Counted from the first letter of the stretch, positions 49,001 to 58,004 are shown. The stretch is 64,000 bases of DNA from an uncultured bacterium (GCA_937863565.1 CALMGJ010000031.1:1-64000), one strand, 5' to 3'. A program made the numbers and translations. The notes: generated by a model from the letters alone, not told the origin.

Positions 49001-49563
49001 GCATAATTCGATCTGGCCGCGTAGGGTCTGATCTTGCCGAAATATGTGGAGTATTCCTTTTTAACGTTAGGAGTGCGTTCAAAAGGGAAAACATTCTCAA
49101 AATCAAGAATGCCCTTTTCAATGAAGGGCCCGCAGACGAAATAATCGTCCAGATATCCCCATTCTTCCTTCGAAAACGTCCTTAGGTCGTATTTTTTAAG
49201 GATAGACATTATATAAGCGGCATCGCAGAGGAATACGGGATCATCGCACTTTTTCTTCTTCAATGCATCGAAGAACCTTTCTTTATATGAAAAGACCTCT
49301 TCGTTCTCAAGGAGATAATAAGCATAGAAATCAAGGTTCAGCGGATTGGTCTCCTCTTCGAACAGGGTGAACAGGTCCTCGGTAATGCTCTCTCCCCTGA
49401 GTTCTTTAAGAAGAGCGGCCTCGAACAGGCCGTCGCTCCCCGAAATCCCTTTTTGTCTGAGCGTTTCCAGGCGTTCGGTGATATTGTATGCCTGAGGCCG
49501 TATCGCCGTAAGAATAAAACTAATCAGAAATATTGATATCTTTGCCGATAATGATCTGGACAT
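46021..49563 (-). CDS. Large exported TPR + DUF3857-like protein with a degenerate transglutaminase-like domain
   Basis: 1180 aa; signal peptide; N-terminal beta domain (CGPF...LSKGGHTVLMK); TPRs; GLEEGALIEY; no GDC motif. Confidence 0.75.
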   Translation of the reverse strand: MSRSLSAKISIFLISFILTAIRPQAYNITERLETLRQKGISGSDGLFEAALLKELRGESITEDLFTLFEEETNPLNLDFYAYYLLENEEVFSYKERFFDALKKKKCDDPVFLCDAAYIMSILKKYDLRTFSKEEWGYLDDYFVCGPFIEKGILDFENVFPFERTPNVKKEYSTYFGKIRPYAARSNYAGWVDLRTIYSDPFGIVYFASSFEVPAAGNYYVNLLSTVPYKLFIDGVLVHQRRKKDHDKGVKEIIRLDLSKGGHTVLMKTDAGYSFGGYEKEDIESGFSVQLLSGDLKPLKIRYGQMKKGSMNGHKIFDPAEHFGDYSSIERYNFKLAAMYNSYGNGVKSHELASLLARDSDSPVYGLFAGIICDKYPAAGFKDYSFDYLMNSYLEAADNTIAMLFLAKYYLNDNNLEEAKVYLRKIEETRPDFRWTRYFKALVKSREGMKLYASELMSGVSDPVSPNMIDLAAVDYLISSNDHARALEILRSLEARGVVTIQCIISALTCFLETKDHSGAAEYLSKLPKGFVENDLQTAGIFSRLAVEGFEPGKTYGKLIETYPQNLEYYLMLADHVLNRGKTEEYISLKRKIMDKFFEADPELDAELFGSGKERGNYDGLPPKKDFPIEIIDERTEYTFFKDLSCRRADYGLIRINDQKGVSYFTNFRVQGDLVFLKVIGKDGKEYLFHSSSGNAASLKGLEEGALIEYASFSYHSRPYLHLFYNALPPITFQVTIPIERYRVSLNIPKELKISSSLLNQKNLSTLKYSKTSDLQGYFTYKYEATGLNRVRSENMIPQPYVFLASLLVGTKLDPALFVSNFYFELFPGGELSHTVEEYFESFKGDPEEKMKVLYEELQTKFTGDDDPYKNRTLPEIIKSRKAEYIDKLRVFKAGLEIWNIPHEFVVYTDYTTVDTAIFNHEIFTGHGIIVPCSGKNILVTFSESFVPFGGEAGILRKAYLTADGLKVRVAEALETGIENEVDVRYEWRPSENFRLTALISFKGLYASAKQYFFDENTKDSIVRQFISSYLPFLELTDYKLNCSRDTSPFEVGVSGIYEKKNSQGIFLLPMKPAGLTNYFSADYPRSLPLVITQLIVNKDECIIRTDKELEEPAFKYSRSVKGVFDYDIRMTRTDDGAYKIVRTLQIYPALYYPDDLERILPVAYEVDKSEELYFLLGRDL

Positions 49564-50638
49564 CGTACACTCCTTCGTTCTCCTTCATATAAACATGTTT
49601 GATATTAAATTGTTCAACTACCTTCTCTATATCGGAATATTCGTCCGTGAATGAGATGAGCACGCTCTCAGCATAATCGCTTCTGTCAGCGTTGCCTATC
49701 GATATCACATCATATCCGAGCTCTCTTATCCGGGATGCGGCCTTCTCTCCCATGCCTGTTACGCCTGTTCCATTCAGTACCTGAACGAGGACTTCCGTTT
49801 TTTCTTCCCTTTTGCCGAATATCTTATCGAACGGACCGCCGGAATATAGCCAATAGCTCCCGTCCGCCTTGCCGGGGAGCGTTTTAAGTTTTATTCTCTT
49901 GAGGTCCGCTTCACCGTAATATTCTCTTAAAAAAAGCATCTCCTTCAATGAGAAATTCGTCGAGGTCCTTTTAAAGATCAGCGAGAGGAGCTTCGGATTT
50001 CCAAGCATCCGGGCCAGGGATTCCTTTTTCAGAACGGACATCATGAAATCCCTTTGCCTTTCTATTCTTCCTATGTCGCCTCTGCCGTCAGCTCTGAAAC
50101 GGATGTATTCGAGTGCGCGACGGCCGTCAAAATGGTTAAGCCCCTTTTTGATATCGATGTAAAGAGAACCTCCTTTATCGATATAGTACATGTCGGAAGG
50201 AACAAAGACATCCACACCGCCGATCATATCCACGACTGTGCTGAAGGCATCGTATGTTAACACCACATATCTGCTGATGTCGACGGAGAGCATCTTTCCG
50301 AGAGTTTCCTTTACTCTTTTGAATCCTTCGCTGATATCCTTTCGCACGGTCCCTCTCGCAAAGATCGTATTCAGTTTTTGGCGGCTGCCAAGATAATTAA
50401 CGGCCGTATCCCTCGGAACGGACAGAAGCTTAACGCTCTTTGCGTTGTCGATCTCGCACAGGATCACGGTATCCGCGCGCGAAATATTGTCAACATTGTC
50501 TATGCCTATCAAAAGAAAATAGGCTCGGCCATTCTTCATGAGCGTTCTTTCTATTTCCGACCTGGAAAGAAGTTTGATGACAGAGACAATTATGAAAACG
50601 GCAAGTAAAATGATCAGGATCTTAATGAGGTTCTTCAT
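49520..50638 (-). CDS. LCP (LytR-CpsA-Psr) family protein with a LytR_C domain
   Basis: SRADT, SVPRD, KLN, YIRFR..GRGDIGRIERQ; C-terminal VLNGTGVTG...GNAD...IIIGKD; start ATG 50638. Confidence 0.92.
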   Translation of the reverse strand: MKNLIKILIILLAVFIIVSVIKLLSRSEIERTLMKNGRAYFLLIGIDNVDNISRADTVILCEIDNAKSVKLLSVPRDTAVNYLGSRQKLNTIFARGTVRKDISEGFKRVKETLGKMLSVDISRYVVLTYDAFSTVVDMIGGVDVFVPSDMYYIDKGGSLYIDIKKGLNHFDGRRALEYIRFRADGRGDIGRIERQRDFMMSVLKKESLARMLGNPKLLSLIFKRTSTNFSLKEMLFLREYYGEADLKRIKLKTLPGKADGSYWLYSGGPFDKIFGKREEKTEVLVQVLNGTGVTGMGEKAASRIRELGYDVISIGNADRSDYAESVLISFTDEYSDIEKVVEQFNIKHVYMKENEGVYDVQIIIGKDINISD

Positions 50639-51140
50639 AGAATTCCTGCATCTGAAGAGTATCCGGATGCACATGTTCCTTTTTCTGTATCACATAATGG
50701 AGTTTCACGGACGCGGCAAAGAGAAGGGCCGTGATCAGGTGTTTCCCGAGGAAGAGCTCTCTGCAACGCGATGCTTCCGGAAAATCCCTCGAATACTCTG
50801 CGAAATCGATTATATAGAGGAAGATCTCGGGAAGCGTCATTTTTCTGCGCCCGGTCGGGTGGAACCTGATGGCGTCGATGATCCCCCTGTCGCAGATATT
50901 GAATCGCTTCTCGGCTATTTCGGCCGATCTTTTTGCGTGCATGATGGGAGCAAAAGGAGCATCATCCTTTTGCAGAAGGCTTTCTTTTGCTATATCGTGC
51001 AGGATCACGGCCGTTCTAAGCCTCCCTTTGAAATGCGGAGTCAGCGAATAGGCTGCAGCCGCCTCATCTAAAAGTTTCAGCATGCCTTCGACATGCTTTC
51101 TGAGGCCGGGTGACATCGACACGATAATTCCGTCAAACAT
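50622..51140 (-). CDS. yqeK: HD-domain hydrolase, YqeK-like (Ap4A hydrolase)
   Basis: ILHDIAK, MHA, AIRFHPTG, IIDFAE; follows nadD; start ATG 51140. Confidence 0.82.
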   Translation of the reverse strand: MFDGIIVSMSPGLRKHVEGMLKLLDEAAAAYSLTPHFKGRLRTAVILHDIAKESLLQKDDAPFAPIMHAKRSAEIAEKRFNICDRGIIDAIRFHPTGRRKMTLPEIFLYIIDFAEYSRDFPEASRCRELFLGKHLITALLFAASVKLHYVIQKKEHVHPDTLQMQEFYEEPH

Positions 51141-51690
51141 AGAACCCTCTTTTTCTGATATAAGCCGCCACTGCTTCCCTTGTATAGCAGGAGATATCCC
51201 CGCCTTGGGCAAGTCTGGTGCGGATAAACGAGGAGGAAATATCAAGCGGCCGTATATCGACTTGAATGAAAGGGAGCGTTTCATGAAGAGTCTCGTTCTT
51301 TTTTACTGCGATGATCTTGACGAGGCCGAAGTAATCCTTCCATCTGTCCCAAGTCCTGAAACGGTTTGCCTGATCAGTGCCGATAGCCATATAGAGCTCC
51401 TCGCTCCTCGTCTTTTTAAAATGGAGCACTGTATCCATGAAAAAAGATATATGCCTGCTGCCTTCGATCCCGCTCACCTTGATCCCTTGAATGCCTGAAA
51501 CGGCAAGGCGAGCCATCTTAAGTCTTTCCTCGAAAGGCACTTTACAGTCATTCCTGTGAGGGGGATGAAAGCTTGGAACGAGTATGATGCTTTTGAAGCA
51601 CATCATTTCCTTTAGGGCAAGAGCGCAGTGAAGATGCCCGTTATGAAAAGGATTGAAGCTACCCCCGAAAAGGCAGATCTTTCCGGCCAC
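51133..51690 (-). CDS. nadD: Nicotinate-nucleotide adenylyltransferase
   Basis: FGGSFNPFHNGH, PPHR, IGTDQ, ISSSFIR. Confidence 0.93.
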   Translation of the reverse strand: MAGKICLFGGSFNPFHNGHLHCALALKEMMCFKSIILVPSFHPPHRNDCKVPFEERLKMARLAVSGIQGIKVSGIEGSRHISFFMDTVLHFKKTRSEELYMAIGTDQANRFRTWDRWKDYFGLVKIIAVKKNETLHETLPFIQVDIRPLDISSSFIRTRLAQGGDISCYTREAVAAYIRKRGFYV

Positions 51691-51695
51691 TTTAT

Positions 51696-52247
51696 CTATT
51701 GCCCTTCGGTCTCTTCCGCACGCGGCGTATTGAGATAATCGCTGTTGAGCTTCTCTATGATAAGGTCGGAAAGGTCCACTTCCGGCGCGGCGAAGAAGAC
51801 CTGCTTCTTCTCGAGTATCAGATTGAATCCCTTCTTTAAGGAGATCTCATTGATGGCATTGTGAATGTTCTTCAGTATCTCCTCGTTCAACTTGTTCTCT
51901 TTTCTTTTCAGTACGATCTCGATCTCCCTTTTCTTGATATCGATATTCCTTCTGATCTTCACTACCTTCGCCCAGTAACCTTTCATTTCATCAGTGTCCA
52001 GTGAGGGCTCCTTCAGCTTCAGTTCGTATAATGCGTTCTCAAGGCTTTCTTCAAGCGGGGCCAAGGCCTGCATTTCTTCGTCTTTCAACTTCTCGTAAAG
52101 TTCATGGTATCGCTGGGCAAGAATATATTTTGAAAGTATCTTGGAAATATCGATATAACCTACTCTGACCAGCACCTGCTGTTTTATCTCCGTCTGTCCG
52201 AACGCCGCGGCGGCAACGAAAAGAAGCGCAAGTATGATCCTTTTCAT
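51696..52247 (-). CDS. OmpH/Skp-family periplasmic chaperone
   Basis: Signal peptide; RVGYIDISKI; coiled coil; KKGFNLILEK...DLSDLII. Confidence 0.85.
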   Translation of the reverse strand: MKRIILALLFVAAAAFGQTEIKQQVLVRVGYIDISKILSKYILAQRYHELYEKLKDEEMQALAPLEESLENALYELKLKEPSLDTDEMKGYWAKVVKIRRNIDIKKREIEIVLKRKENKLNEEILKNIHNAINEISLKKGFNLILEKKQVFFAAPEVDLSDLIIEKLNSDYLNTPRAEETEGQ

Positions 52248-53473
52248 TTCAGCTCCTCCCGAAATACTTTTAATGTCTTCACTTTCTGTTCTTTTTTCTT
52301 CAGGTCCTTTACGGCAACCGAATCCGACGAAGCTTCCTCATCTCCCACGAGGAGAGCGTAAACGGTTTTCATTTCCGAGGCATATCTCAATTGAGCGCCG
52401 AGTTTCACCGAACGGTCGGGGTAATAGAACACCCTGCGCTTTTTCTCCGTCAGCATTCTCAGAAGTTCCAGTTCGATAGCCCGGTTGCCGAGGTTCGCTA
52501 TGAAATACTCGATATTATCGCTCGTGCCTCCGACGGTTTTCAGTATCTCGAAAAGCCTTTCGAAACCCAGAGCGATCCCGCAGGCAGGCACTTTCTTATC
52601 GATAAGAGCCTCTACAAGGCCGTCATAACGTCCCCCTCCGGCTACCGTTCCCATATCTGCGCCTTTCAGTTTAAATTCGAAGACGGGGCCCGTATAGTAT
52701 GAAAGGCCTCTTGCAAGAAGCGGATTGAACTTGAGCTCCTCCGACGAACCGCCTAAAGCCTTATAGTAATTTCTGATCTCGCTGAAAACTGCGGGAGGTT
52801 CATACTCCTCCTTCAATGCCCGTATGAGCTTGCCGGCATCGCTCTGAAAACCGTTCTCCTTAAGATATCTGCAGACATCTTCTTCCGAAGTTTTATCCAG
52901 TTTATCTATCGCCCTTAAGAATAATGCGCTCTGCCCGTCCGGGATGCCCTTTTCCGAAAGAAAAGCGTTCAAGCGGTCCCTGAAATTGATCTCCGCCTCG
53001 AACTCCCCCAAACCCAATTCCCTGAGTATCTTGGCCGTTGCGGAAAGTATCTCTCCTTCTATGTCCGCAGAATCGCTGCCGAGGTAATCTATATCGCACT
53101 GGTAGAATTCCCTGAACCTTCCTCTCTGAGTATTCTCGCAGCGGTATACTCTTTGTATCTGGTATCTTTTGAAAGGGAATTTTATCGAATTATAGTTCTG
53201 AGCCACATAGCGCGAAAGCGGAACGGTCAAATCGTATATCATCCCCAAACGTCTTCCGCCCCTGTCGGTGAAATTGTAGATGAGTTTATCGGCCTCCTCG
53301 CCGTATTTATCCATAAGAAGGTCGTATTTCTCCAATGTCGGCGTTTCTATAGGAAGATAGCCGAATGAGCGGAAATTCGCCGTTATCACGGATATCATCC
53401 TCTCGCGCAGGACCATATCGTCGAAATTGAAATCCCGCATTCCTTTCACTGTTTGAAGAAGTTCTTTTTTCAT
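52244..53473 (-). CDS. hisS: Histidine--tRNA ligase
   Basis: KGMRDF, YDLTVP, GRFREFYQCD, RGLSYYTG, GGGRYD, GFER. Confidence 0.97.
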   Translation of the reverse strand: MKKELLQTVKGMRDFNFDDMVLRERMISVITANFRSFGYLPIETPTLEKYDLLMDKYGEEADKLIYNFTDRGGRRLGMIYDLTVPLSRYVAQNYNSIKFPFKRYQIQRVYRCENTQRGRFREFYQCDIDYLGSDSADIEGEILSATAKILRELGLGEFEAEINFRDRLNAFLSEKGIPDGQSALFLRAIDKLDKTSEEDVCRYLKENGFQSDAGKLIRALKEEYEPPAVFSEIRNYYKALGGSSEELKFNPLLARGLSYYTGPVFEFKLKGADMGTVAGGGRYDGLVEALIDKKVPACGIALGFERLFEILKTVGGTSDNIEYFIANLGNRAIELELLRMLTEKKRRVFYYPDRSVKLGAQLRYASEMKTVYALLVGDEEASSDSVAVKDLKKKEQKVKTLKVFREELK

Positions 53474-53491
53474 ATTTTCACGCTATTTGAA

Positions 53492-53520
53492 ATTATATGA
53501 TAAAAATGCTTTTTTTTCAA
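53492..53520 (-). promoter_or_regulatory. Sigma70 promoter of the hisS-led gene run (TTGAAA-17 bp-TATAAT)
   Basis: -35 at 53520-53515, -10 at 53497-53492. Confidence 0.68.
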
Positions 53521-53663
53521 ATACCGGCGGTTTTCCCCGATCACATCTTCTAAGCAGCGGGGAATCCGTGAAATCCTTTTTGAAAGGGTGTTAATGGATC
53601 GGATATTATCGGGTGTAAGCGGGGAGCGGCAGCGGAGAACTCCGCGGTTCAACCCGGAGTATT

Positions 53664-53891
53664 TCAGGGTTTAGTGTTTCCCTTTATGATGTCCTTTGCC
53701 CTATCTTTCTGATGAGGAAAAAGGTCCGCGGGAACAGCCAGTTTCCCAAGCGTCTTCGCGATCGTGAACCTTGCGCATTGCTCCAAACCTTTCTCGCAGT
53801 ATTTTTCCTTCATCATCATGGCCGATGTAGGCATATTGGCCATCACGTCGTTGAAAAAGGGGCAGGTCTGTAAAAATTCACACTTTGCCAT
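53664..53891 (-). CDS. Small Cys-rich hypothetical protein (four Cys)
   Basis: 75 aa CEFLQTCPFF...KYC...CARF...VPADLFP; AAGGAG RBS; candidate upstream promoter. Confidence 0.75.
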   Translation of the reverse strand: MAKCEFLQTCPFFNDVMANMPTSAMMMKEKYCEKGLEQCARFTIAKTLGKLAVPADLFPHQKDRAKDIIKGNTKP

Positions 53892-53940
53892 AGCGGTCTC
53901 CTTGAATTCTTTTATCAGTCAACCTCAAAGAATTTCAACG

Positions 53941-53969
53941 GTTATACTACTTTTCCCATCGAAATTCAA
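53941..53969 (-). promoter_or_regulatory. Possible sigma70 promoter for the small Cys-rich gene (TTGAAT-17 bp-TATAAC)
   Basis: -35 at 53969-53964, -10 at 53946-53941. Confidence 0.45.
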
Positions 53970-53970
53970 G

Positions 53971-55269
53971 TTATTTATGGAGATCTTCGATCATCGGATC
54001 AAGAAAGAAGCTCAAAGAAAGGAGATCGGCCGTTCCTCCCGCCGAGAAAGAATGAGCGGACGCATATTTTCCGAATTTGTCCATTTCGCGGGCGATATTC
54101 CCGGCGGACGGGTCCAAGGCCTCCTGGATCCTGCGGTATTCCTCAAGTCCTGTTCTCTTTATCACTTGCGTATCGTCCGTATTTTTAAAAAGTGTCAGGA
54201 ATCTTCTTAGGGCGATCTCATTGATGGAAGCGGCCCCAGGATACTTCTTCCTCAAGGCAGTGATAACTGAAGGCAGGCCTTTTTTTAATTCACTCCTTAT
54301 CCCTCCTATTCCGTATTTCCTGAACACTTCACCCGAAGCGGTATTCAGTCCGGGGTCCCTCAGCTCTTTTTCAAGGCCTCGGCAGATATTTTTCACGGCG
54401 CCAATGAGCGCTTTCAAAGAAGGTTTTTCTTTCCAAGCGATAATATACCCGAGGGAGAAACAGATCACGGAGTAAAGAAAGACCGCACCTTTCAGCGTAT
54501 TGACGCCGCCCGTTCTTTTGAACATCTCTCTTTCAATGCCTCTGCCTTTCAGTCTTATATCCGCAATAGTTGACGTGTTCGGAGGTTTATCATACGTGAA
54601 ACCGAGATCATACAGACTCCCGAAGCGTCCAGATATCGTTTCTATCGAATCCAGGAACATCCTGAAGTTCATATCGCTATGACGGCTGCTGTCCAGCATA
54701 TCGATCATGCCGTATTTCGGCGTTGTGCAAAGTTCCGAAAGAAGGGCCCGGCGTATGCGTTCTTTCAGCGTCCTCCTTATCTTATTATGCAGGAACGCCC
54801 TCTCTATGACCCGATCGTATCCCGACAGCACTTCGACGGCCGTATGCTTTCCGGAAAGAAAACATCCGCGCATCTCCCTGCTGCCGCAAATAACGCAGCG
54901 ACGGGGTTCGGAGATCCTTTTCACGGGCCCCTGACGGGAAATGACATCGATATCGGAGAGCTTGAAGATGCCTATTCTCTCGAAGCGGATAAGGTCCTCC
55001 TTCAGCGCTTCAGGCCCTTCAACATTTCTTGGAGCGAAGATGCCCTGATAACCCGCATCGTCATGAAGCGTTTGAAGATGTGCCAGCCTTTTGCCGAAAT
55101 TCTTTTTAAAATAGGAAAGACACAAAGAGAAATATGCCTGAAAACGGCGTGAGCGCTTTTCCGTGCCGGGCGCCGTGAAAGAAAAGGTCACGATCGCCGA
55201 GTGGGACTTTAAATATTTCCCGTGAACGGATGTCCTTCTTTCGCGGGCGTCGAGAATCCTATTTTTCAA
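53971..55269 (-). CDS. citXG: CitX-CitG fusion (holo-ACP synthase + triphosphoribosyl-dephospho-CoA synthase)
   Basis: CitX: ILDARERR, DIDV, RRCVICG; CitG: ELCTTPKYGMID, HSDM, TGGVNTLKGAVF, SAGGTADL. Confidence 0.88.
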   Translation of the reverse strand: MKNRILDARERRTSVHGKYLKSHSAIVTFSFTAPGTEKRSRRFQAYFSLCLSYFKKNFGKRLAHLQTLHDDAGYQGIFAPRNVEGPEALKEDLIRFERIGIFKLSDIDVISRQGPVKRISEPRRCVICGSREMRGCFLSGKHTAVEVLSGYDRVIERAFLHNKIRRTLKERIRRALLSELCTTPKYGMIDMLDSSRHSDMNFRMFLDSIETISGRFGSLYDLGFTYDKPPNTSTIADIRLKGRGIEREMFKRTGGVNTLKGAVFLYSVICFSLGYIIAWKEKPSLKALIGAVKNICRGLEKELRDPGLNTASGEVFRKYGIGGIRSELKKGLPSVITALRKKYPGAASINEIALRRFLTLFKNTDDTQVIKRTGLEEYRRIQEALDPSAGNIAREMDKFGKYASAHSFSAGGTADLLSLSFFLDPMIEDLHK

Positions 55270-56818
55270 CGATCTGCTTTATCGTATCTATTATCGTTCC
55301 GTCCCTGTATTCGATAAGGCCGCATATTTTATCCGTGAACTCCAGCGGATCGGGTTTGCCCGTTATTTTCTCCGTTTCCTTTTTCATATCGCGGATATCG
55401 ATTAGCGGGAGTTTCGAATTCTTCAGAGAATCGGCAAGAACCTTATTGGCGGGATTTATCGCGATGCCCCGTTCCGATACGAAAGCGTCCACCGTCTCTC
55501 CCGGAGTTATCACCGTGCTCACCCTTTCTACGATCATTGGAAGGCGTGCCCTGTATGTCGGAGCCACCACGATCGTGAGTTTCGCGCAGGCGGCCGTATC
55601 CGAATGGCCTCCCGACGCGCCCTGAGCATAACCGTGGGAATCGACGAGAACGTTCACATTGAAATCTGTATCGATCTCATAAGCGGCAAGAACGACAACA
55701 TCGAGATTATTTATAACGGCGCCGGAATTGAAAGGATTGGCATAGAAATCGGCATTGATCTCCACATGCTCACTGTTCTCATGGAATGAGTTCACTACGC
55801 CTTTATCGAAACTCTGGACATCGTACATCCTTTTGAATATGCCCCTTTTCAGAAGTTCCACCATATAGCTTGATATGCCACCGATAGTGAACCCGCCGGT
55901 GATCTTCTTCTCTGTCATATGATCTGACAGATACTTGGCCACGGCAAGAGAGGCTCCGCCAGCGCCGGCCTGGAATGACATCCCCTCCTTGAAATATTCG
56001 GAGTTGAGAATAAGCCGGGCTGCATTCTCTGCAATAAGATGGTCGATAGGATTCGTGGAAAGCCTTGTGGAACCGCTTCCGATCTTGTCGGGATTGCCGA
56101 GTTTGTCTATTAAAGTCACTGTATCAACCTGATATTGCGGTATCGAGACCGGGCTTAAGGGAAAATCAACGAGATTATCCGTTACGGCTATCACGAAATC
56201 GGCGTACATCGCATCTACCATAGCATAGCCGAGTGATCCGCAGGCAGAGGGTCCTGTTATGCCGTTGATATTTCCCTCCCTGTCGCATGCAGGAGCGCCG
56301 ATGAAGGCTACATCTATCCTGTTCTGCCCCGTTTTTATGGCCCTAGCCCGTCCTCCGTGAGAACGTACGACAACAGGGATCTCCATTCCGCCGCGTGAGA
56401 CGAATTTTCCGAGATCCCCTCTCAGCCCCGAAGTGTGGATCTGTTTGACCACTCCCTTTTTCACATACTCCCACACACCTTGGTGCGGATTCGCAAGAGA
56501 ACTCGGGAAAAGCACAAGATCCCTGAAGCCCATCTTTTCCAGAATAGGCATGACTTTCATAAGAAGGAAATCCCCGTTCCTGATATGGTGATGAAAAGAG
56601 ATGGTCCCTCCGTTCTTCAATCCCGATCTCTCGACAGCCTTCTCGATTGAATCGGTCAGTTTCGAGGTTCCCGGCATGACGGCCCTTACTTTCACAGGCA
56701 CGGTCCGCAGATCCTCGGCGCTCAGGTTCCTGATCCTCTCGAAAGCCCCTTTATAGGGAAGAAGCTTCCCGAGGCCTTCTAAGTTACCGGGTATTTCCAC
56801 GTTAAGTTTATTCTTCAT
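55259..56818 (-). CDS. citF: Citrate lyase alpha subunit (citrate:acetyl-ACP transferase)
   Basis: ISFHHHIRNGD, SHGGRARA, CGSLGYA, GASGGHSDTA, EYRDGT; start ATG 56818 or 56830. Confidence 0.96.
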   Translation of the reverse strand: MKNKLNVEIPGNLEGLGKLLPYKGAFERIRNLSAEDLRTVPVKVRAVMPGTSKLTDSIEKAVERSGLKNGGTISFHHHIRNGDFLLMKVMPILEKMGFRDLVLFPSSLANPHQGVWEYVKKGVVKQIHTSGLRGDLGKFVSRGGMEIPVVVRSHGGRARAIKTGQNRIDVAFIGAPACDREGNINGITGPSACGSLGYAMVDAMYADFVIAVTDNLVDFPLSPVSIPQYQVDTVTLIDKLGNPDKIGSGSTRLSTNPIDHLIAENAARLILNSEYFKEGMSFQAGAGGASLAVAKYLSDHMTEKKITGGFTIGGISSYMVELLKRGIFKRMYDVQSFDKGVVNSFHENSEHVEINADFYANPFNSGAVINNLDVVVLAAYEIDTDFNVNVLVDSHGYAQGASGGHSDTAACAKLTIVVAPTYRARLPMIVERVSTVITPGETVDAFVSERGIAINPANKVLADSLKNSKLPLIDIRDMKKETEKITGKPDPLEFTDKICGLIEYRDGTIIDTIKQIVEK

Positions 56819-57698
56819 CTTCGGCTCCATTCTCGAGGGCAGCTATCGCGATGATCTTCTGCGCTCTTTTCACTACGGGAGGATCTATCATTTTTCCGCG
56901 TATCGCGATCACTCCTTTCCCTTCCTTGAGCGCCGCCTCATAAGCATTAATAACTTCCCTTGCCCACTCGATCTCTTCGGATGCGGGGCGGAAGACATTG
57001 TGAACGGGTTTTATCTGGCGCGGATTTATCACAGCTTTCCCGGTGAACCCGAGTTTCTTCACCATCTGTGTTTCTTCTATAAGTCCCTGTTCATTGTTCA
57101 CATCGGCGTAAACAGTATCCATCGCGTCTATACCTGCGGCCTTTGCCGCCATCACGATCCTGGTTCTCGCATAGAAGAGCTCGTCACCCTTTTCTGTTTT
57201 CACGATCTCCATATCAGCAGTAAGGTCCTGACCACCTATTGTAATGGCGTCGATCCTTTTGGACGAGAGCGCGATATCGAAGGTGTTCTCGACGCCGAGG
57301 GCGGTCTCGATCATCGGGTGTATCCTGATCTTCCTTCCGATCCCCTTTTCCTTTTCTACCTCTTCGAGCATTTTCTCGAGTTCCCTTACATCGTTCTTAC
57401 TATTGGTTTTAGGAAGCCTCACAGCATCAAGATTGCCGTCCACTACGGCAATAAGATCATCGCGGATGTATTCTGAGCCCATCGGGTTCACTCTCACCGT
57501 TATCTCAATATTTGAAAATCCCCTGTTCTTTATGAAACTTCCAACAAGCTCTCTTGCGGCATCCTTCTCAGATGCGGCTACACTGTCCTCAAGATCGAAA
57601 AGAACGCTGTCCGCTCCGAAAATATCCGCGTTCCCTATCATTCCGGGATTATTGCCGGGAATATAGAGCATGGTCCTTCTCAGTTTGAACTCCTTCAT
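56808..57698 (-). CDS. citE: Citrate lyase beta subunit (citryl-ACP lyase)
   Basis: RRTMLYIPG, FDLEDSV, IETALG, GFTGK..INPRQI, GKMID.P. Confidence 0.95.
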   Translation of the reverse strand: MKEFKLRRTMLYIPGNNPGMIGNADIFGADSVLFDLEDSVAASEKDAARELVGSFIKNRGFSNIEITVRVNPMGSEYIRDDLIAVVDGNLDAVRLPKTNSKNDVRELEKMLEEVEKEKGIGRKIRIHPMIETALGVENTFDIALSSKRIDAITIGGQDLTADMEIVKTEKGDELFYARTRIVMAAKAAGIDAMDTVYADVNNEQGLIEETQMVKKLGFTGKAVINPRQIKPVHNVFRPASEEIEWAREVINAYEAALKEGKGVIAIRGKMIDPPVVKRAQKIIAIAALENGAEDEE

Positions 57699-57955
57699 TT
57701 GCTCCCCCTCTTCAGAGCCGTGGAAACCCGGGCCCTTATCGTAGGGTCTAGCGCTCCGGCGTCCTGGATCTTGATATAGACCGATTTAACGCCGGCTCTT
57801 TCGAGCTCTTCCTTCACTGTTCTCTCAATGCTCTTTCCGTACTGCTTTTTCACGGACGATTCGATCTCGATCTTCAGGGAATCGGCCGGTTCCACGAAAA
57901 CCATCAGATCGCTTGATTCGAGACTTCCGCACTGAGCTTTATTTTTTATCTTCAT
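57695..57955 (-). CDS. citD: Citrate lyase acyl carrier protein
   Basis: GSLESSD (prosthetic-group Ser), SSVKKQYG, DAGALD..IRAR. Confidence 0.95.
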   Translation of the reverse strand: MKIKNKAQCGSLESSDLMVFVEPADSLKIEIESSVKKQYGKSIERTVKEELERAGVKSVYIKIQDAGALDPTIRARVSTALKRGSK

Positions 57956-57971
57956 CAGATACCCCGCTTTG

Positions 57972-58004
57972 AAAATGAAAGGGAGAAGGCTGAAGCCCTC
58001 TCCC
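57972..58004 (-). terminator. Intrinsic terminator-like hairpin between icd and citD
   Basis: Minus strand GGGAGAGGGC-TTCA-GCCTTCTCCC (10-bp stem, one G-U pair) followed by TTTCATTTT. Confidence 0.65.

Noticed and set aside
53470-53652. 60-aa ORF upstream of hisS, and a possible T-box leader
   Set aside because: Overlaps the hisS promoter; the predicted leader is only about 12 nt and no T-box motif was seen
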